Of a stretch of DNA of 64,000 nt, positions 1-13,634 are shown in pieces. The notes beneath the pieces were generated by a model, which did no database searches, had not been told where the DNA came from, and was given only the letters and a program-made list of their open reading frames with translations. The translations under genes were made by a program, and so were the position numbers. Origin of the DNA: Camelus dromedarius (lineage: Eukaryota); contig NC_087472.1 in assembly GCF_036321535.1 (NCBI RefSeq), positions 92,072,001 through 92,136,000 of the forward strand. Reading direction: 5' to 3'. How positions within the stretch are numbered: the first letter of the stretch is position 1; each line of letters begins with the position of its first letter.

Positions 1-1479
1 TGTAGTTACAGGTAGACAATTTAACAGTTTGTTATAGAAAGCAGCTTAACAAAAAGGTCCCTGTTCAGTCACATCCTGCACTAACTTAGAGTAAGAGAAA
101 ATATCTACAGAAAGATAATAAAATCCATATGTACAACATTTGTTCATAAATATGAAATTGTTGTGTGGTTCTCCATTCCAACCCATCACCCATCCAACTG
201 CATAATGTTACATCCCTAAGACCTTTCACATTACCCTCATGCACGACTCCAAGATAGCAGAGGAATTAGAGAAGGGTGGAGCCAGAGAAAATTATATGCT
301 TATTAAGTTCTTTGATTTTTAAGTGTTCCCTCAAGCCCTATGGTTTCCATAGTGCCCCACCAGGAAGGTGAAATGCAGATAGAGATAAGGAGTGATCGTG
401 GGGTTTGACTCCATACCTTGTTATACTGCCCACCCCTCTCTGATAAAAGGAGCTCTGCTTTTATTTATCTTATACATCAGTATTTCATCCAGAATTTTCA
501 CCAAAAAATCCAGTTCAACTCAACTGATGTATACTGAACACTATAATGTGCTAGGTAGTATGATAGGGGGTTTGGAATATCTCTGATTTCTGCCCTTATA
601 TCATATAGTCATCAGAAGTTAAAAAAATAATAGTATTAGTGAAAAAAATCTGGGCTGATTCAATTCCTTGTTTTAGAGATTAAGTGACTGAGGTACCAAA
701 AGTACAGCTGGCTTGGCAAAGGTAACAGAACAAATTCAAGCTAGAGTCCTTGCTAGCTCTTCGCCTCCCAAAACTTTGTGACCTGCTCCTTGAAAATTCT
801 GTCAAGCAACTACTATAGTTCTGTGGAATGCGCCCCCTCAAAGTGTAAGCATTCTATCAGGAGAGCAAAAACATGCATCTAAGTGACTGACCATAACCTA
901 CAGAGCACTTGTACTGTAGGACCCGCCATCTCTAAGTGTCTTGTTTTGATATGCTATGGAGGGAGGTCCTTTAGGCATGTTTCTTTTGTGACTCACCTGT
1001 CTTTGGTGAAAGTGAACTGAAACTAACAGACAGCACAACAGATGACTACAGATTGGACACATGACTGTGAAATGGGATGACCATTAAAGGTAAGATATAT
1101 CTCAGCTCCAAGGTCATGTGAGGGTGACCAATTGTGCTGCCACAAAGAAAAATATGTGCTGAATTATCCATTATTTGAATGTTTCTGACACTTTAGGATG
1201 TTTAAAAAAATGTAAGTTGAATTAAGTTGACAGAAGACAGAACTGGCAAACCAACGCAGGAATGGTAATGACCAAACAAAATGAACACATACACACAAAC
1301 ACAAAGCCCTCTTTATTTTCTGCATGGGCAAAGGTGGGACTGGAAGGAAATTCAAACAAATTAGTTACAAAAAAAAAAAACAAAGTAATTAGCATTAGAC
1401 CATGAGTAGACCAACTGACATTTTATTGTCAAGAAAAAAACTTGCCTTTTGGGACTCTCTTTCTCTCTGTCTCTCTTAG

Positions 1480-1480
1480 A

Positions 1481-1507
<27 letters not shown>
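1480..1507. repeat. (AC)14 microsatellite preceded by a CT-rich tract
   Basis: Direct reading. Confidence 0.95.
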
Positions 1508-1511
<4 letters not shown>

Positions 1512-1878
1512 TAAGCTGAAATCATTGAAAAATAAAGCAAGTCTGACACTAGTGACATGAAGCACAGGTTGATTTTAAATTGTAATCATATTTTCTCTAC
1601 AAAAATAAGTATACAACAATTACAGTGGAGATGTTTCTGTAGCTAATTATGGATGCAAATATTTCTATGTATCCACCAATAAAAATATTTTCAAGCTCTC
1701 ATTTTATTCTTCAGAGCATCCTATTGACATTAAAGATGACATAGTAATTTAAAATAAAAAAGCTTCATTTTTATTTTAAATAGTGCATTTCCTACTGAGT
1801 TGTTAATATGTCCTAATTGACAAAACTGTTCCTCACTTTCAGAGAGCGGGAATTTTAAAGAATATTTGTTTTCCTTAC

Positions 1879-1957
1879 CAGTTGCTAGTTAGAGAAACAT
1901 TTGGAAGTGGGTATACATGAAGCTGTGCATAGGAATGATTCTTTATGTTAAGGTTCC
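1879..1957 (-). other. Candidate 79-nt exon of an unknown transcript
   Basis: Acceptor CTTCATCCCTTCGTGATTATTTAG, donor CTG|GTAAGG. One open frame, NLNIKNHSYAQLHVYPLPNVSLTSN, which I do not recognise. Confidence 0.25.
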
Positions 1958-2379
1958 CTAAATAATCACGAAGGGATGAAGTCTCTCTTTTTTCCACATT
2001 CCATGTACACCTGTGCTATGGAATAGTGCAAAATAGGATTCTGTTCTCTGAAACAAAAGTGACAATAGATCAAGGTAATGAAGTCAAGTAGTCTCAATTT
2101 TTTTCTAATGTTCTTAAAGCAGAGAGAAATATGAGATATTTAGGATTAGTGTACCTATGTTTTGACCAGATATCCCTCTAAAATTTAACTTTAGTCTCTC
2201 AAATACTGAGAATAATCAATACTTCTTGGATACGTAAAATTGTCCTATCACAAAAATCTGTTCTTTCAAAATCATAGATTCTCTTTAAAATGTATTTTAA
2301 TTAATACCTTCTCTGCTTTGTTTCTTAAAAGCATTATGGTAGAGTGAAAAAGATAATACAATATGTGCTTTTCAGGGAG

Positions 2380-2540
2380 ACATGGGACTAATAACTCCTG
2401 ACTGCCTGGTTGGTCTAGCAAGTTGGAGAAGTAATTTAAATTCTCTATCTCAGTCCCCTTATGTATAAAATGTGATATGAACAGTTTTCCCTTATGGCTT
2501 GGTGTGAGGATTAAATAGGATAACAGATTAAGTATCTGGA
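2380..2540 (+). mobile_element. MIR SINE
   Basis: Core-like TTCTCTATCTCAGTCCCCTTATGTATAAAATG...GTGAGGATTAAATAGGATAA. Confidence 0.7.
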
Positions 2541-3824
2541 TGCAGTAGATGGAAAACACACCTGTTCTAATGATACCCATCAAAGTTTGGGACAAGAGTA
2601 TTTTGCATTCTATATAGATTGAGACGAAAAATATTGTTTGTAAAACAATGAACTGGATGTTTAGCTAAAGGTTCAAAAGGCATTTAGATCTTGAATTTAA
2701 GAATCATTAATATTTCCTACTTTAGTTTCTGTAGCAGGAAAACTGGTCCATCTTCAAGAACACAATTCAACAAAAGCATTTTGAAGACTTTTAGATATGC
2801 AAGCAATGTACTGGGATGATAAAGAACTCAAAGGTAAACAAAATACAGCTTTTAACCCTCACAGAGCTTACAACCTAGGTAAACAATTAAAACATAACTC
2901 CATGACTCAATTTTAAGAGTCTTTATGAAGTACCTGCAAATAGTAAGTACTATATTAGAAATAAAAAGATAAGACATGGAGTTATACATAAGAATGTGTG
3001 AGATGCGAACAGATATATGATGCATTGCAGTGAGTACTATACTATACACAGAGGTAATTTCCTTACGACCCTATTTAAACCTATCAACTAAATCTGGTCA
3101 CAAGACAATACTCACAGATCTATCTGGCTAATGATAAAACATGCTTTGTGGAAATCCCAACAACATGCTCCATTTTACAATGGGTTTTTTGGTTTGTTTT
3201 GTTGTCTGCATGTACTTTTTTTTAAAACTTAAAAAAGTTGACAAACAACTGCCTATTTTCCTAGCAAGTCAACGGAATGCGGATTACTCATAGAGCTTCA
3301 GTAAGAATGGGATTTCAGTTCTGTTGTCTTTGGTCAGGAATGTGTACGCACTAGTTTTTAATAGTAGAAGATAGTACTTGGGAGAAAAAAAATGAATGGA
3401 TGGGAGAAAATATCAGTGTATACTAGGTGAAGCCATTTGGGGGAAGAAAGGTGCTTTATTTTTCACGTATCCCTAAGGCATTAGGATTGGCGAAATTTCT
3501 CCTTTTTGTTGCCAACAATTGTGGTAACTTCTAATGGATCCCTGGAACCTCAGAAGCCTCAAAGAGGAAGAAGTGGCAAAGCAACTGAGCAGAGAGTGCA
3601 GGTAAAACAGTTTATGAACAAATTAACACCATATACACGATAACCTTGATCTAAGAGTCATGTCAAAGTGATAAAACTAATACTCCCAAGGATGTAACTC
3701 TTAATATATCTCTCAAAATGCATATATTCTGGAAAATCAAAAATTCATTTGACTAGCTTTGATACTTAGTATTTTATTCATATAGAGTGACAAGTGTTGC
3801 TTATAATGCAAATAAAAGAAATAT

Positions 3825-4765
3825 GTTCATTCATTCATTCAACAAGTATTTTTAAAACAGCTCCTCTTTGCCAGGCACTTTTCTAGTTACAAAAAGGTAT
3901 AATAGGGAATGAGACAGACAAAATCCCTGCTCTCATGGAGCCTGCCTTCCAGATAGGGAGGTGGAAAATATACACATAAATTAATATATGCATAATATTA
4001 TATCACATAAGCACTAGAAGAAATAAAGAAGCTAAAGAGAAAGAGATTAATGCAGGTGCTATTTTAGGGGAATGTCAGGAAAATTTGCTCTGAAAATCAT
4101 TTGAAACAAATCTGTGTGAAACAAGAAAACCAGCCAGGTAAACACGTGGAGGAAGATTATGGCAGGCAGAGGGAAGAATAAGTACAAAGGCCGAGAGATG
4201 GGAGTGCACTTGGCATATTTGAGGGATGGCACAGATCATTTCAGCCATACTGACCAAAGGAAAGAGTGGCAATGAATTCAGAGACAGCCATGGTCCAATT
4301 CAGGCATGGTCTTGTAGAAGACAGAAAAGAATTGTGTTTCATTCTAAGCATAATGCGAATACACTGGAGATTTCTGGAGAGAGCCTCTGGTAGTATTTAT
4401 CTGCCAAAAGTATCACTCTGGAACCCTGGTGCTGAAGTCTGGGAGGATGGAGTCATGTGGAGGCAGTAAGGCAGAGTGGAAGCAGGAAGGCCAGTAAGAA
4501 GGGTACTGAAGCAGTACACTGAGTGGTGATGATATATTAGTATTGCTGATGGGAATGGTAGGATTTTTTTCCTTTAAATTATCTATTTGGTAGGTAGAAC
4601 TAACAAAATTTATTGAGGACTTTGAAATGGAATGTGAATGAAAATCTAGAGTTACAGGGGACCCTCAGTTATGGGCTTGAGCAAATATATGAAGGGCACT
4701 GCCACTTAATGATATGGGGGACAGTACAAGAGGGGTAGTTTTATGGGGCACTAGGAATCAAAAGA
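3825..4765 (-). mobile_element. L2 (LINE-2) 3' region
   Basis: TTCATTCATTCATTCAACAAGTATTT...TGCCAGGCACT...CCCTGCTCTCATGGAGC, followed by a purine-rich antisense L2 body. Confidence 0.85.
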
Positions 4766-6192
4766 CATGTTTTTATAAATCAATTCAGTCACCTCCCATT
4801 AGCCATAGAGGCTAGAGAATTTTACTATTGATCAATGACGTATTTTGAAAAATCGAGTCACTAACTGATGACTCATCTTCTCCCTCTGGTCCCCCAAAGG
4901 ACTGAGAAAACAGTCTTAAAAACTTTCGTATTTCACGCTAATGCCATATTCATTTATCATGAGATGAACTCTGGATAACCTCTACTATCTTTTGTTTTAA
5001 CACCATTCATTAAAAAACAAGTATACCACCAAACTAATTTTTGACTAGTAGAATCAGGACCATGCTTAGCCAAGACACTAAGAACAATTCTCCAGTATTC
5101 CCTTGTTTCGATGACATATGGCACATATTCAGTGGGCAAATTTAATATCATCATGTATAATTTAGTTTTTTTCTTATTTAAAAATATTAATTATGAAGTA
5201 CTAACAAAGAAGTAATGGAATTTATATTTCATCACTTTCCCTTATCTTGATACATCTCCCAGGTAACATAAACAATGAAAAGATTATATTCATTGAATAA
5301 CTGTTTTGAAAATAGAATCACTCAAGAATATCATAGGAAAAGTTAGATAACAAGGAGCTAATGTTAGGGTTCAGATGATTCTGATGCAATGATCTGAGAA
5401 AAATATGGAGGGCAAACAAAAGAGACTGTAGGTAGACAGAGTAAATAAAGGTAGTTTAATATTTTTAACTTTTCTTTTTAAAACAACTGCTGCAGTAAAT
5501 TTTGCATAAATATTGTGGGGATAAATTCAGACTGCATGACTGATTTCAACCATCTTAAATAAATTTGTGTGTATTCAAAGCTAAAGCAAAAAATGATGAG
5601 AAAAAGGAAACAGTACATAATTATCTACAGAAATTATGAACCCTAGGAAAAGAATGCTGATTGAAATAATAGCTATAATCAAGTAGGTGAGCATGCCAAC
5701 TACTGTTTCCCTTCTGTTGACAGGCAAGGAAAGAATTAATGGTCACCAATTAGCTTCTAGGGACAATAGTCAATTCCAAAAAATTATATGTCCCAAGAGG
5801 GAAAGTATCTCTTCCCTAGCAATGAGAAAGTAAGCAAAATTATCTTAGCATATCATTTTTTCTTTTTCTATTAGTAGATAAAAAGTCCTCAAGAAATGAA
5901 AATGATAAATCCCAGGCTGTCTGGAAATGCTTATTAAGGGAAATTGTGGAATACACAAAAGGCACCATGTTACTACTGAAAGTCAGAAAATATTTAATTC
6001 TCTGCTTGGCTTAGAATATCACAGTAAGACATCATATTTCCATAGTATAGTGTAATATAATTTAATGTCCTTCTAGATTATAGTCGGTTGGTTTATTTTT
6101 ACTGTACTTCAGTGTATAAGATATTCACATTTCTTGGCTTCTTCTTCATGATACAGTATCTTGAACAATTACTCACTGGTACAGCTCTCTGA

Positions 6193-6343
6193 CAGTAATT
6201 TCTCAACTGGGGTTGTCACAACTGGCGAGGGGAGTACTACTCGACAAGGGATACTGCTAAACTTCCTACAATGCACTTAAAAGACCCCCTCCTGATAATT
6301 ATTTGGTTCTGGATATCAATAGTGCTGAGATGGAGAAAACTTG
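6193..6343. mobile_element. MER20-like hAT-Charlie fossil (internally deleted)
   Basis: CAGTAATTTCTCAAC...GGATACTGCTAAACTTCCTACAATGCAC...TCAATAGTGCTGAGATGGAGAAAACTTG. Confidence 0.75.
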
Positions 6344-8235
6344 CCCTATGATAACCATATATTTAAAGCAGTTTTATTATCTATATTTCAAGCCTGAATT
6401 GGACAGGACACTACTTTTTTGGTAGGCAGAAAGCAACTGGAAACATGGGGATTGATGAAACAGGGTGAAGGAAGCTACAGTCTGGGCTACCGTGGAGTGG
6501 ACCATAGCCATCAAAAAAGCCATGAAGGGTGTATGGAACTCTACACAGGCTAAGCACCCAGAAAAGTCAGGTATGTCTGACAGGGTGCAAGGGAGAGATG
6601 GGAGGTCAAAATGAGAAGAATTAATTTGCAAGTCCACATAAACAATGAGTAACCTTCTCTTCCTCCTTCCAAACCCTTACAGGAAGAATGACCACCATCA
6701 AGGCCTCTTGCCCTTATCCAAACAACAAAAAATAAGAGGCTGTTCTCTAAAGACATAGAATAAACCATTAAATGCAGAAGAGCAGAGGCATTCCACAACT
6801 GCAGAAATAATTCTAACTTATTATAAAACATTTAGGTGATGAAATACTACATAATTATTTCACAGCAAAAGCTTCCTAATACTATTATACTTCAGTTAAT
6901 TTGAAATTTGTTTGCAATCACTGAACACATATTTACCAAAAGAAGGCAGCCTAAAAATAATTTATTTTTTGATAAGTGTCAGTAAGTATTTAAGGGAGCT
7001 AGCCAGGGATTAAAAACAAAGTAGCCCCATGTAATATCTCAATTTATCATTAAAAGTTAACATAGCACATGCTGCTAAATTTCATTCACAAACTATTAGT
7101 TGATATGTAAGCTGGAACTCTCAGCATCAATTTAAGACTTTAAAGACACAAGAACATAAATAAAAGATTGCAAATAAGCATATGCATAGGAAAAATTAAC
7201 ACTTATATTGCATTTGGGGGTATGAAATTACATTGTTTCATTTGTTCATCTGTTTGCTACAATGAAAATATCTAGAAGTTTCTTCCCAAACAGCCAGTGA
7301 AGATAGCCACCAAGATCTGAACCTATGTCATTTGATTTTAATGGTCACGTGCTTTCCAGTTCTGTAGACTGCTTTCCAACATTTGTGATTTCTAATATGC
7401 TTTCTACTCAGCACCTCATTTGTCTCTGGAGTTTCTGATGATATGGGGTAGATTCTGGGGAGACATGTTTGGAAACAGAGATGGAAAGGTCTGTGTTTGA
7501 ACTAAACTGTATTTAACAATGGTGAAGCTCTTATTGTAGAATTTGAATAAGTTTGCACTGATTTCTTAAAATTGAAAAGGAGGATTACATCTGTCATAGG
7601 CTCTCATAAGCAGAACCTTTTAATGATTACAGAACTTGATTATGACATACAATTTGAAGCTCTCATGATAGTGGACCAAACAATGGGGAAGCTTTCTAGA
7701 AATCCCATTAAAACTGTTACCAAAGAGAAAATGAACCTGAATAAGCATGTTCTCTCCACTGAACTTCAAGGTTTATGAATACGAACTAAATTTTTGAAAC
7801 TGCTGTAGTAATTGTATAAAATATTACAGACTTCCTTTAGAGTGAGATTTTATCACTACCCAAATCCTGTTAAAAAAGTCACTTTTGCATAATATGTGGA
7901 AACATAAATTAAACAAACAATTCTACTATTACTGAATTCAATTCTAATGAATGAATTAAATTTCATTGGTGGTCAGCTTTTTATGGGGCAATAACAGTAA
8001 TCTGTCAAATAGTGACATATTCAACTTCTACACTTGCTTTAACTTTCTTGACTTCTGTCAATGAAAAGACTGCACTGGGAGATAGCACAGGTTCCTTTGA
8101 TATTCTATGAATCCAGCTAACTTCTGCACAGCTGAAACCCTGAACTTCCAATATTTATATAAATATCATGCACTAAATTATAGGCTGTGAAATTTAATGG
8201 TATTACTGCTTAAAAAATGTCTACAAATAATTAGC

Positions 8236-8380
8236 CTCTTTCCCTCTCTCTCTTTTCTTCCCTTCTTTCTGTTTATCCTCCCTTCCAACTTTCTTTCCCT
8301 CTTTTCTTTCTTTCTTCCTTCTCTTCTCCCTCTATCCCTCCCTCCATCCCTCCTGTCCTCTCATATTTCCTTCCTTCCCA
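8236..8380. repeat. Polypyrimidine (CT/CCTT) low-complexity tract
   Basis: About 145 nt almost entirely C/T. Confidence 0.9.
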
Positions 8381-9067
8381 AGAAATACATCTGGAAGGCA
8401 GACTGGAGGAAAAGCATTTTGTATTCTCTATTCCGGTTACAGTGAACAAACAGAAACCTAAATTTCCATTCATTCATTTGTTCGGAAAATAGAACTGCTA
8501 CAACTTACTTGCCTACATAATCATAATTGTTTTCCTGTTTAGATGGTTATCATTCATTCAAGTAACACTGTTGGGAATTGTCTTTTTTGCAGAAATCATT
8601 TTATAAAAATGGGCATTTATCAAATAATAGCCTCCTACCTAAAAGGATTTTAAGCAGCTTCAACAATGTCTAAACGCTTACTAAAGATAAAGAGCTCCTA
8701 TGGTAGTTTTCTATTGTTTCATAAAATAAAAGTCTATCACAAGTCATTAAAAATGTGATAACCACAAAAAAAAAAAAAAACAAGAAAGAAAAGCATGCCT
8801 ATGAGCAGTAAGATCAGGCATTCTTTAAATAAAACTTGCAATTCAAATCTAATTATGCTGCAAATGCTGTTATATTACTTTTGCTATCAGTGCATAGCCA
8901 AGAGTTACTTGGTAACAAAGGGGGGTTAGTCATTTTAAGAATTTTCTTTTCAGCAATGCAGGAACAAACTGCAAATTTGTTCTTAGTTGGACTGAACACC
9001 ACTCATATCCTCAAAAGAAAAGAAAACAAGTACCAAAACAAAAGCCTGCTACAAACAACAACATCCA

Positions 9068-9185
9068 CAAGATGTTGGTAATTACTGAAGCTGAGTGATG
9101 GGTATATGGAATTTCATTATGCTATTCTCTCTATTTTTATGTCTATTATGTTTGAAATTATCCAAAATAAAAATAGTTCTTTAAA
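9068..9185 (+). mobile_element. Ancient L1M 3' terminal fragment
   Basis: GAAGCTGAGTGATGGGTATATGGAATTTCATTATGCTATTCTCTCTATTTTT...TGTTTGAAATT. Confidence 0.7.
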
Positions 9186-9484
9186 AATATCAAGGATATG
9201 AAAATTCTAGGGTTTGGTAAAATTTTTGAATGTTATATATAGCACGAATATGTGCATGTATCTACTTATGCCCATACAGTGAAGGATTAATTATCAATTT
9301 TGAGCCAAGTTTATAACAAGAGATGAAATTAAAATGAATTGCATCTATGCCAGCTCAAAGAAATACCATAGCTCTATTTGCTCAGCAAAATTTGTTTCTA
9401 TACATCTTCACATTTCTTTGTTTATAATAAATACAGCAAAGTCATTTTATTTTAGGAAAAAAGAATTGATAAACACTAATATAA

Positions 9485-9710
9485 TTTATCAGCTAAACAT
9501 TTACTGAGTTACAAATTATCCTAAGTCCTAGTAGCTTAAAACAGTGGCCATTTATTATTATTTGTGAGTCTACAATACAGCTAGGAGGTTCAGCAGCTCT
9601 GGCCCAGAGTGAAATGATCTTTGTTCAGTTCACTCATGCATCTGTGGTCAACAAGTGGTCAAACATGTGGCTTTGCTCATCTGCGCTGGGCTTGCTTACA
9701 TTTCTTAGGT
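9485..9710 (-). mobile_element. MaLR LTR fragment (MLT1)
   Basis: ACAAATTATCCTAAG..TAGTAGCTTAAAACA...CATTTATTATT, the reverse complement of an MLT1 3' end. Confidence 0.65.
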
Positions 9711-10621
9711 ACTTTAGCAAGGTAAGACTTTTATTCAGCAACTGATATGAGATCAATGGAGGTTTCTAAGTAGGGAAGTAACATGATGCAATGTGAATTT
9801 TTTATGTTCCTTTAAAGTTTAGAACTAGCCTCAGACTGTTTGGTATCCAGCATGCTGAATATTCTACCATCTCCCCAGTTCACCATTCTCTTGGATTCTT
9901 TTGGAAAGTGCCTCCTTTGCTCCTTCTGGAATGCCACATCATTCCTTCTTAAATCCTAACTCATCTTCCATAACTACCACAGATAGCAATTCTTAGGCTA
10001 AAATCTCCTGATTCCTGATGGGATCCCAAAACACAACCTTATTACCTCCAACCAGTCTTTAAGAGGCTTGGTTGTAACTCATCCTTCTATACATCTGACT
10101 TCCTCTTGAAAGTATAAACTCACTGAAAACAGGTATTATGGTGGTTAAAAACATTCTTTTTAATCTTCATGTCTCTAATGTTTTTAGTATTTTCTATAAC
10201 AGACTTAATATAGTGGCTTCTTAAAAATTTTTGAAGAATGACCAGTCAAGGAAAAATTTAACTGTATTTCAATGCATTCTATTTTAAAAGGCAGTAATTG
10301 TATACCCCTTTCTTCTAAAGATTTGCATTGAAAACTGTTTACTAAAAAATACATTTTTGATGGCTAATGAGACAAGCTACAGTTAGTTTGGAAAACTTGC
10401 TAATCTAGAAAACACACTGTGTGAATCCAGAAAATAACTATTAATACCTTTTGAAAAATAAAAGGTACCAGCTATTTGTGCTGTTATGTGAGAATTATGT
10501 CACCTTCTTTGAGTGATTTATGACCAAGAGTTAATATATTCAGCTATGTTTCTCATCTCTGGGGAATGAACTTTAATTTTATGACTTCTCTTTTTGTCCA
10601 CTCATAATGTAAAGATGAAGA

Positions 10622-10915
10622 TAATCAATCACTCAATCAACAGTATGTAAGAAATGCCAGTGATTAGCCTGGCATTTGGGCGGGTGCCATAGGGCAAGGT
10701 CAAATACATACAGAACAAGATACACAGAAGTAATTTATACTCTGGTTGGGGAGACGTGACCAATAATTCAACAACAAATGAAAGAGACTATTTAATAAAA
10801 AGGTGAACTATGTAGTCTTGGCTATGGGTGATGTCACAGTTCTAAGTTAAGAGACGGAAGAGAGAGGGTATTAATCAGAAAGAGATTCATGGATGAGGGA
10901 CATGTAAAAGGTACA
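10622..10915 (-). mobile_element. L2 3' fragment
   Basis: TCAATCACTCAATCAACAGTATG...TTTATACTCTGGTTGGGGAGAC. Confidence 0.55.
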
Positions 10916-11214
10916 GTAGATAATTGTACCTGAACCACACTATCCAGAAAGACCAAGACTTTCCCTGTCCACTACGTTCTCTTTCACACACTTGGCAAAT
11001 AATTGGTTTTCTGTTGGTATGGGAATGCACCATGAGGTGGGAAGTAAGATGACATCACAATGAAAACAAGACATGGAAATCAAGAAGGCAGGCAAGTAAG
11101 CCATAAAGTGTGTTCCAAGCGAGTACAAGGTTAATAGTTAATAGACTCTTTATTAGATTCCTTTAATAGATCTCTTTGTCTCCTGTATCTGCAATGGAAA
11201 AATTGAAGGCTTTA

Positions 11215-11445
11215 TTTAGAGTCAGGAAGTCCTAGGTTCAAACTTTGGCTCTGCTCCATTGCAAAATTACTTCATGAAAATTGCTTCACATGTTTGAAAA
11301 TCAGCTTGTACACCTATAAAGAAGATAAAAATTTTACTTCTTGAAAAAATTATCTTTCAAAGGCTTGTTGTAAAGTTTAAATGAGCTACCTCTTTAGGGA
11401 AGATGGTATTAGGCCTAGCACAGAAAATGTGCTTCATAAATGCTC
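11215..11445 (+). mobile_element. MIR SINE
   Basis: GAGTCAGGAAGTCCTAGGTTCAAACTTTGGCTCTGC...TTGTTGTAAAGTTTAAATGAG. Confidence 0.65.
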
Positions 11446-12429
11446 ATGTGCATTAATACTACTATTAGGGATTTGAATACCTCCAGAAGTAAGGATAAAA
11501 TGTACCTCAGAAGAAAGGAGGAATGGATCACTCCAAAGAGAGGGAGCAGCATGAATAGAAAAACAGAGTTGGGCTTGATATATCATGAATGCAGAGAGCT
11601 TAATGAGGCAGTGGGACACACTGGATCAGAGTCATTTCGAGAAATATGGGCAAAGAGGCACATTCAAAATCACTTTATTGAAAGAATTAATAAATACAGG
11701 AATCACGAGGTGAAGGCCTGATATTAATCATCTTCAAGGATTAATTTGTAAACAATAGATTATGTAACCCGTTTTTCCTCATTGTAAACTGGAATTCGGT
11801 TGTGAACTTTGATTCATAAATCTACATAATCCAGAATGTTCTTGCTTGGATTAAACAATGCTCAAAGACAATGGCTGCAAGCAACACCTAATTCCATACT
11901 GATTAATCTAGCATAAAAGCATTGCTAAACAGAGAGCACTGGCCTTATCAATGATTGTCAGATCATTTAAGATGGAGAGGTGGGTGGTAAACACCACATG
12001 GTCTGTAGGACCGAAAGGCAAATTATTAGCTTGCTCCAGGCTCCTTTAGAAGAATAATGTAGCTGCCATAATTCACCTGAGCTCAACACGGTAAGGCCTG
12101 CAGGTGTGGCTTTGAAGCCACTTTCAGGCAACAGTACTGTCATTTGCCACATCATCAAACAGAAAGAAGACAACAAGAGAACACAGCTAGACCCAGCCAG
12201 CAAATATCCAACTATGTTAGCCACATTAAAAGATTAGGTCTGCTTTGATGCCTGTATTCTCAAGTTAGTGCTCTACGAATTTAATTTGTGCCTGCTGATC
12301 TCACAATGAGTTGTTAACACTTCAAATAATATTTGTTGAGCCTGATAAATTGCTAAATTGTGCTTATTTTTCATCCTGATTCCTAATAGATTATATAGTT
12401 TAGAGTTTGCATTTGAGCAATAGGGTAAC

Positions 12430-12553
12430 CATCAGCCTGAGTCACACTAGTCACATTTCAAGAGCTCAATAACCAGGTGTGTCTTGTGGTTACCTTATTG
12501 GGCAGGCAGATTCGGAACATTTCTATCATTATACAAAGTTTTTTAGGCAGTGA
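12430..12553. mobile_element. MER3-like hAT-Charlie fossil
   Basis: CTAGTCACATTTCAAGAGCTCAATAACC...GGAACATTTCTATCATT. Confidence 0.7.
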
Positions 12554-13634
12554 TGGAGTAGAATTACTTTCAACCTTTCTCATGCCATGAGACATTTGGA
12601 AAGTACTTTTGCAGGAGACTCTGGGGTAAACAATCTTACAGTTGGAAGTAGTTGTCTAAAGGCTCCAGCTTCCCTGGAGATGTTGGAGGAGTTGTTATCT
12701 TCGCACACCAGAAATCCATTTCAGGTACAACTATGTGTCACTGACCATCAGTTGGAAAGCTGCGCCTTAGTTGATATCCAGTCCCATACAATCAGAGAAG
12801 TATAGTGTGTTATACTCTTGGAAAACAATTACTAAATCAGGTTTTTATTTCTAATAAGAGACAGTTAATCATAATATTTAAGACATTTGAAAAAGGCTAA
12901 GCCCCAAGCTGACAGATAACATTGACTGTGGACCACAAGCAAGGCTTCTGCCTAGTGTTATGACAAAAACTGATGTTGAATTTCGTGGTTCGTCCTCCCC
13001 AAAGAACGAGCAAACTCGCTGGCAATGTAGAACAAAACTATCCCTCTCTCTTCTGAAATCTAACTAAATCATAAAACAGAATGTTGGAAATGTTAGGACA
13101 AGTTTTCAAGACAAAAGAAGAGTAAGCTTATTCAAACAAAAAGACAAGGAGGAAGAGGAAAGGCAAGCTGTTTATTGTGGACACAGACGATGAGTTGCAG
13201 AGACTGTGGTTATTTGAGAAGTGGATAGAAACAAAAGGCAAGTCTAGAAAATTGTTAGCACTAATGTATTTGTGAACTTTCAGGCTGCTCCCCAAGATAC
13301 AGGATTTTAAGTCATTGGAAAACCTTTTCTTATCCAAGGTAACTGTCAGTAGTTAGATAGCACTAGAGGCACTATCACTCTGGCACTAAGTGCTAGGTAA
13401 TCCAAGGAATGCAGGGCATAGCAAGACCTGCTTTTCACAGCCCCAGTTTCCAGAAGCACAGACTAGTCAGAGATAGAGAAATAAGATCCATGAGGCCTAG
13501 GATTTTAATGGACTTTTCTACTGAAGAGCTAAAGATATCACAGAACTATTCTCATGAAAATTAAAAAAAGAATAAGGTACTCTAAGTACCATTTTACACA
13601 GAGGTAGAATGGAGGGTTTGATGGGTGTGCTTTC

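Noticed and set aside
12587..12805. Protein-like 72-aa ORF with a TTTTGCAG acceptor
   Set aside because: Weak donor (GTACAA) and no recognisable homology.
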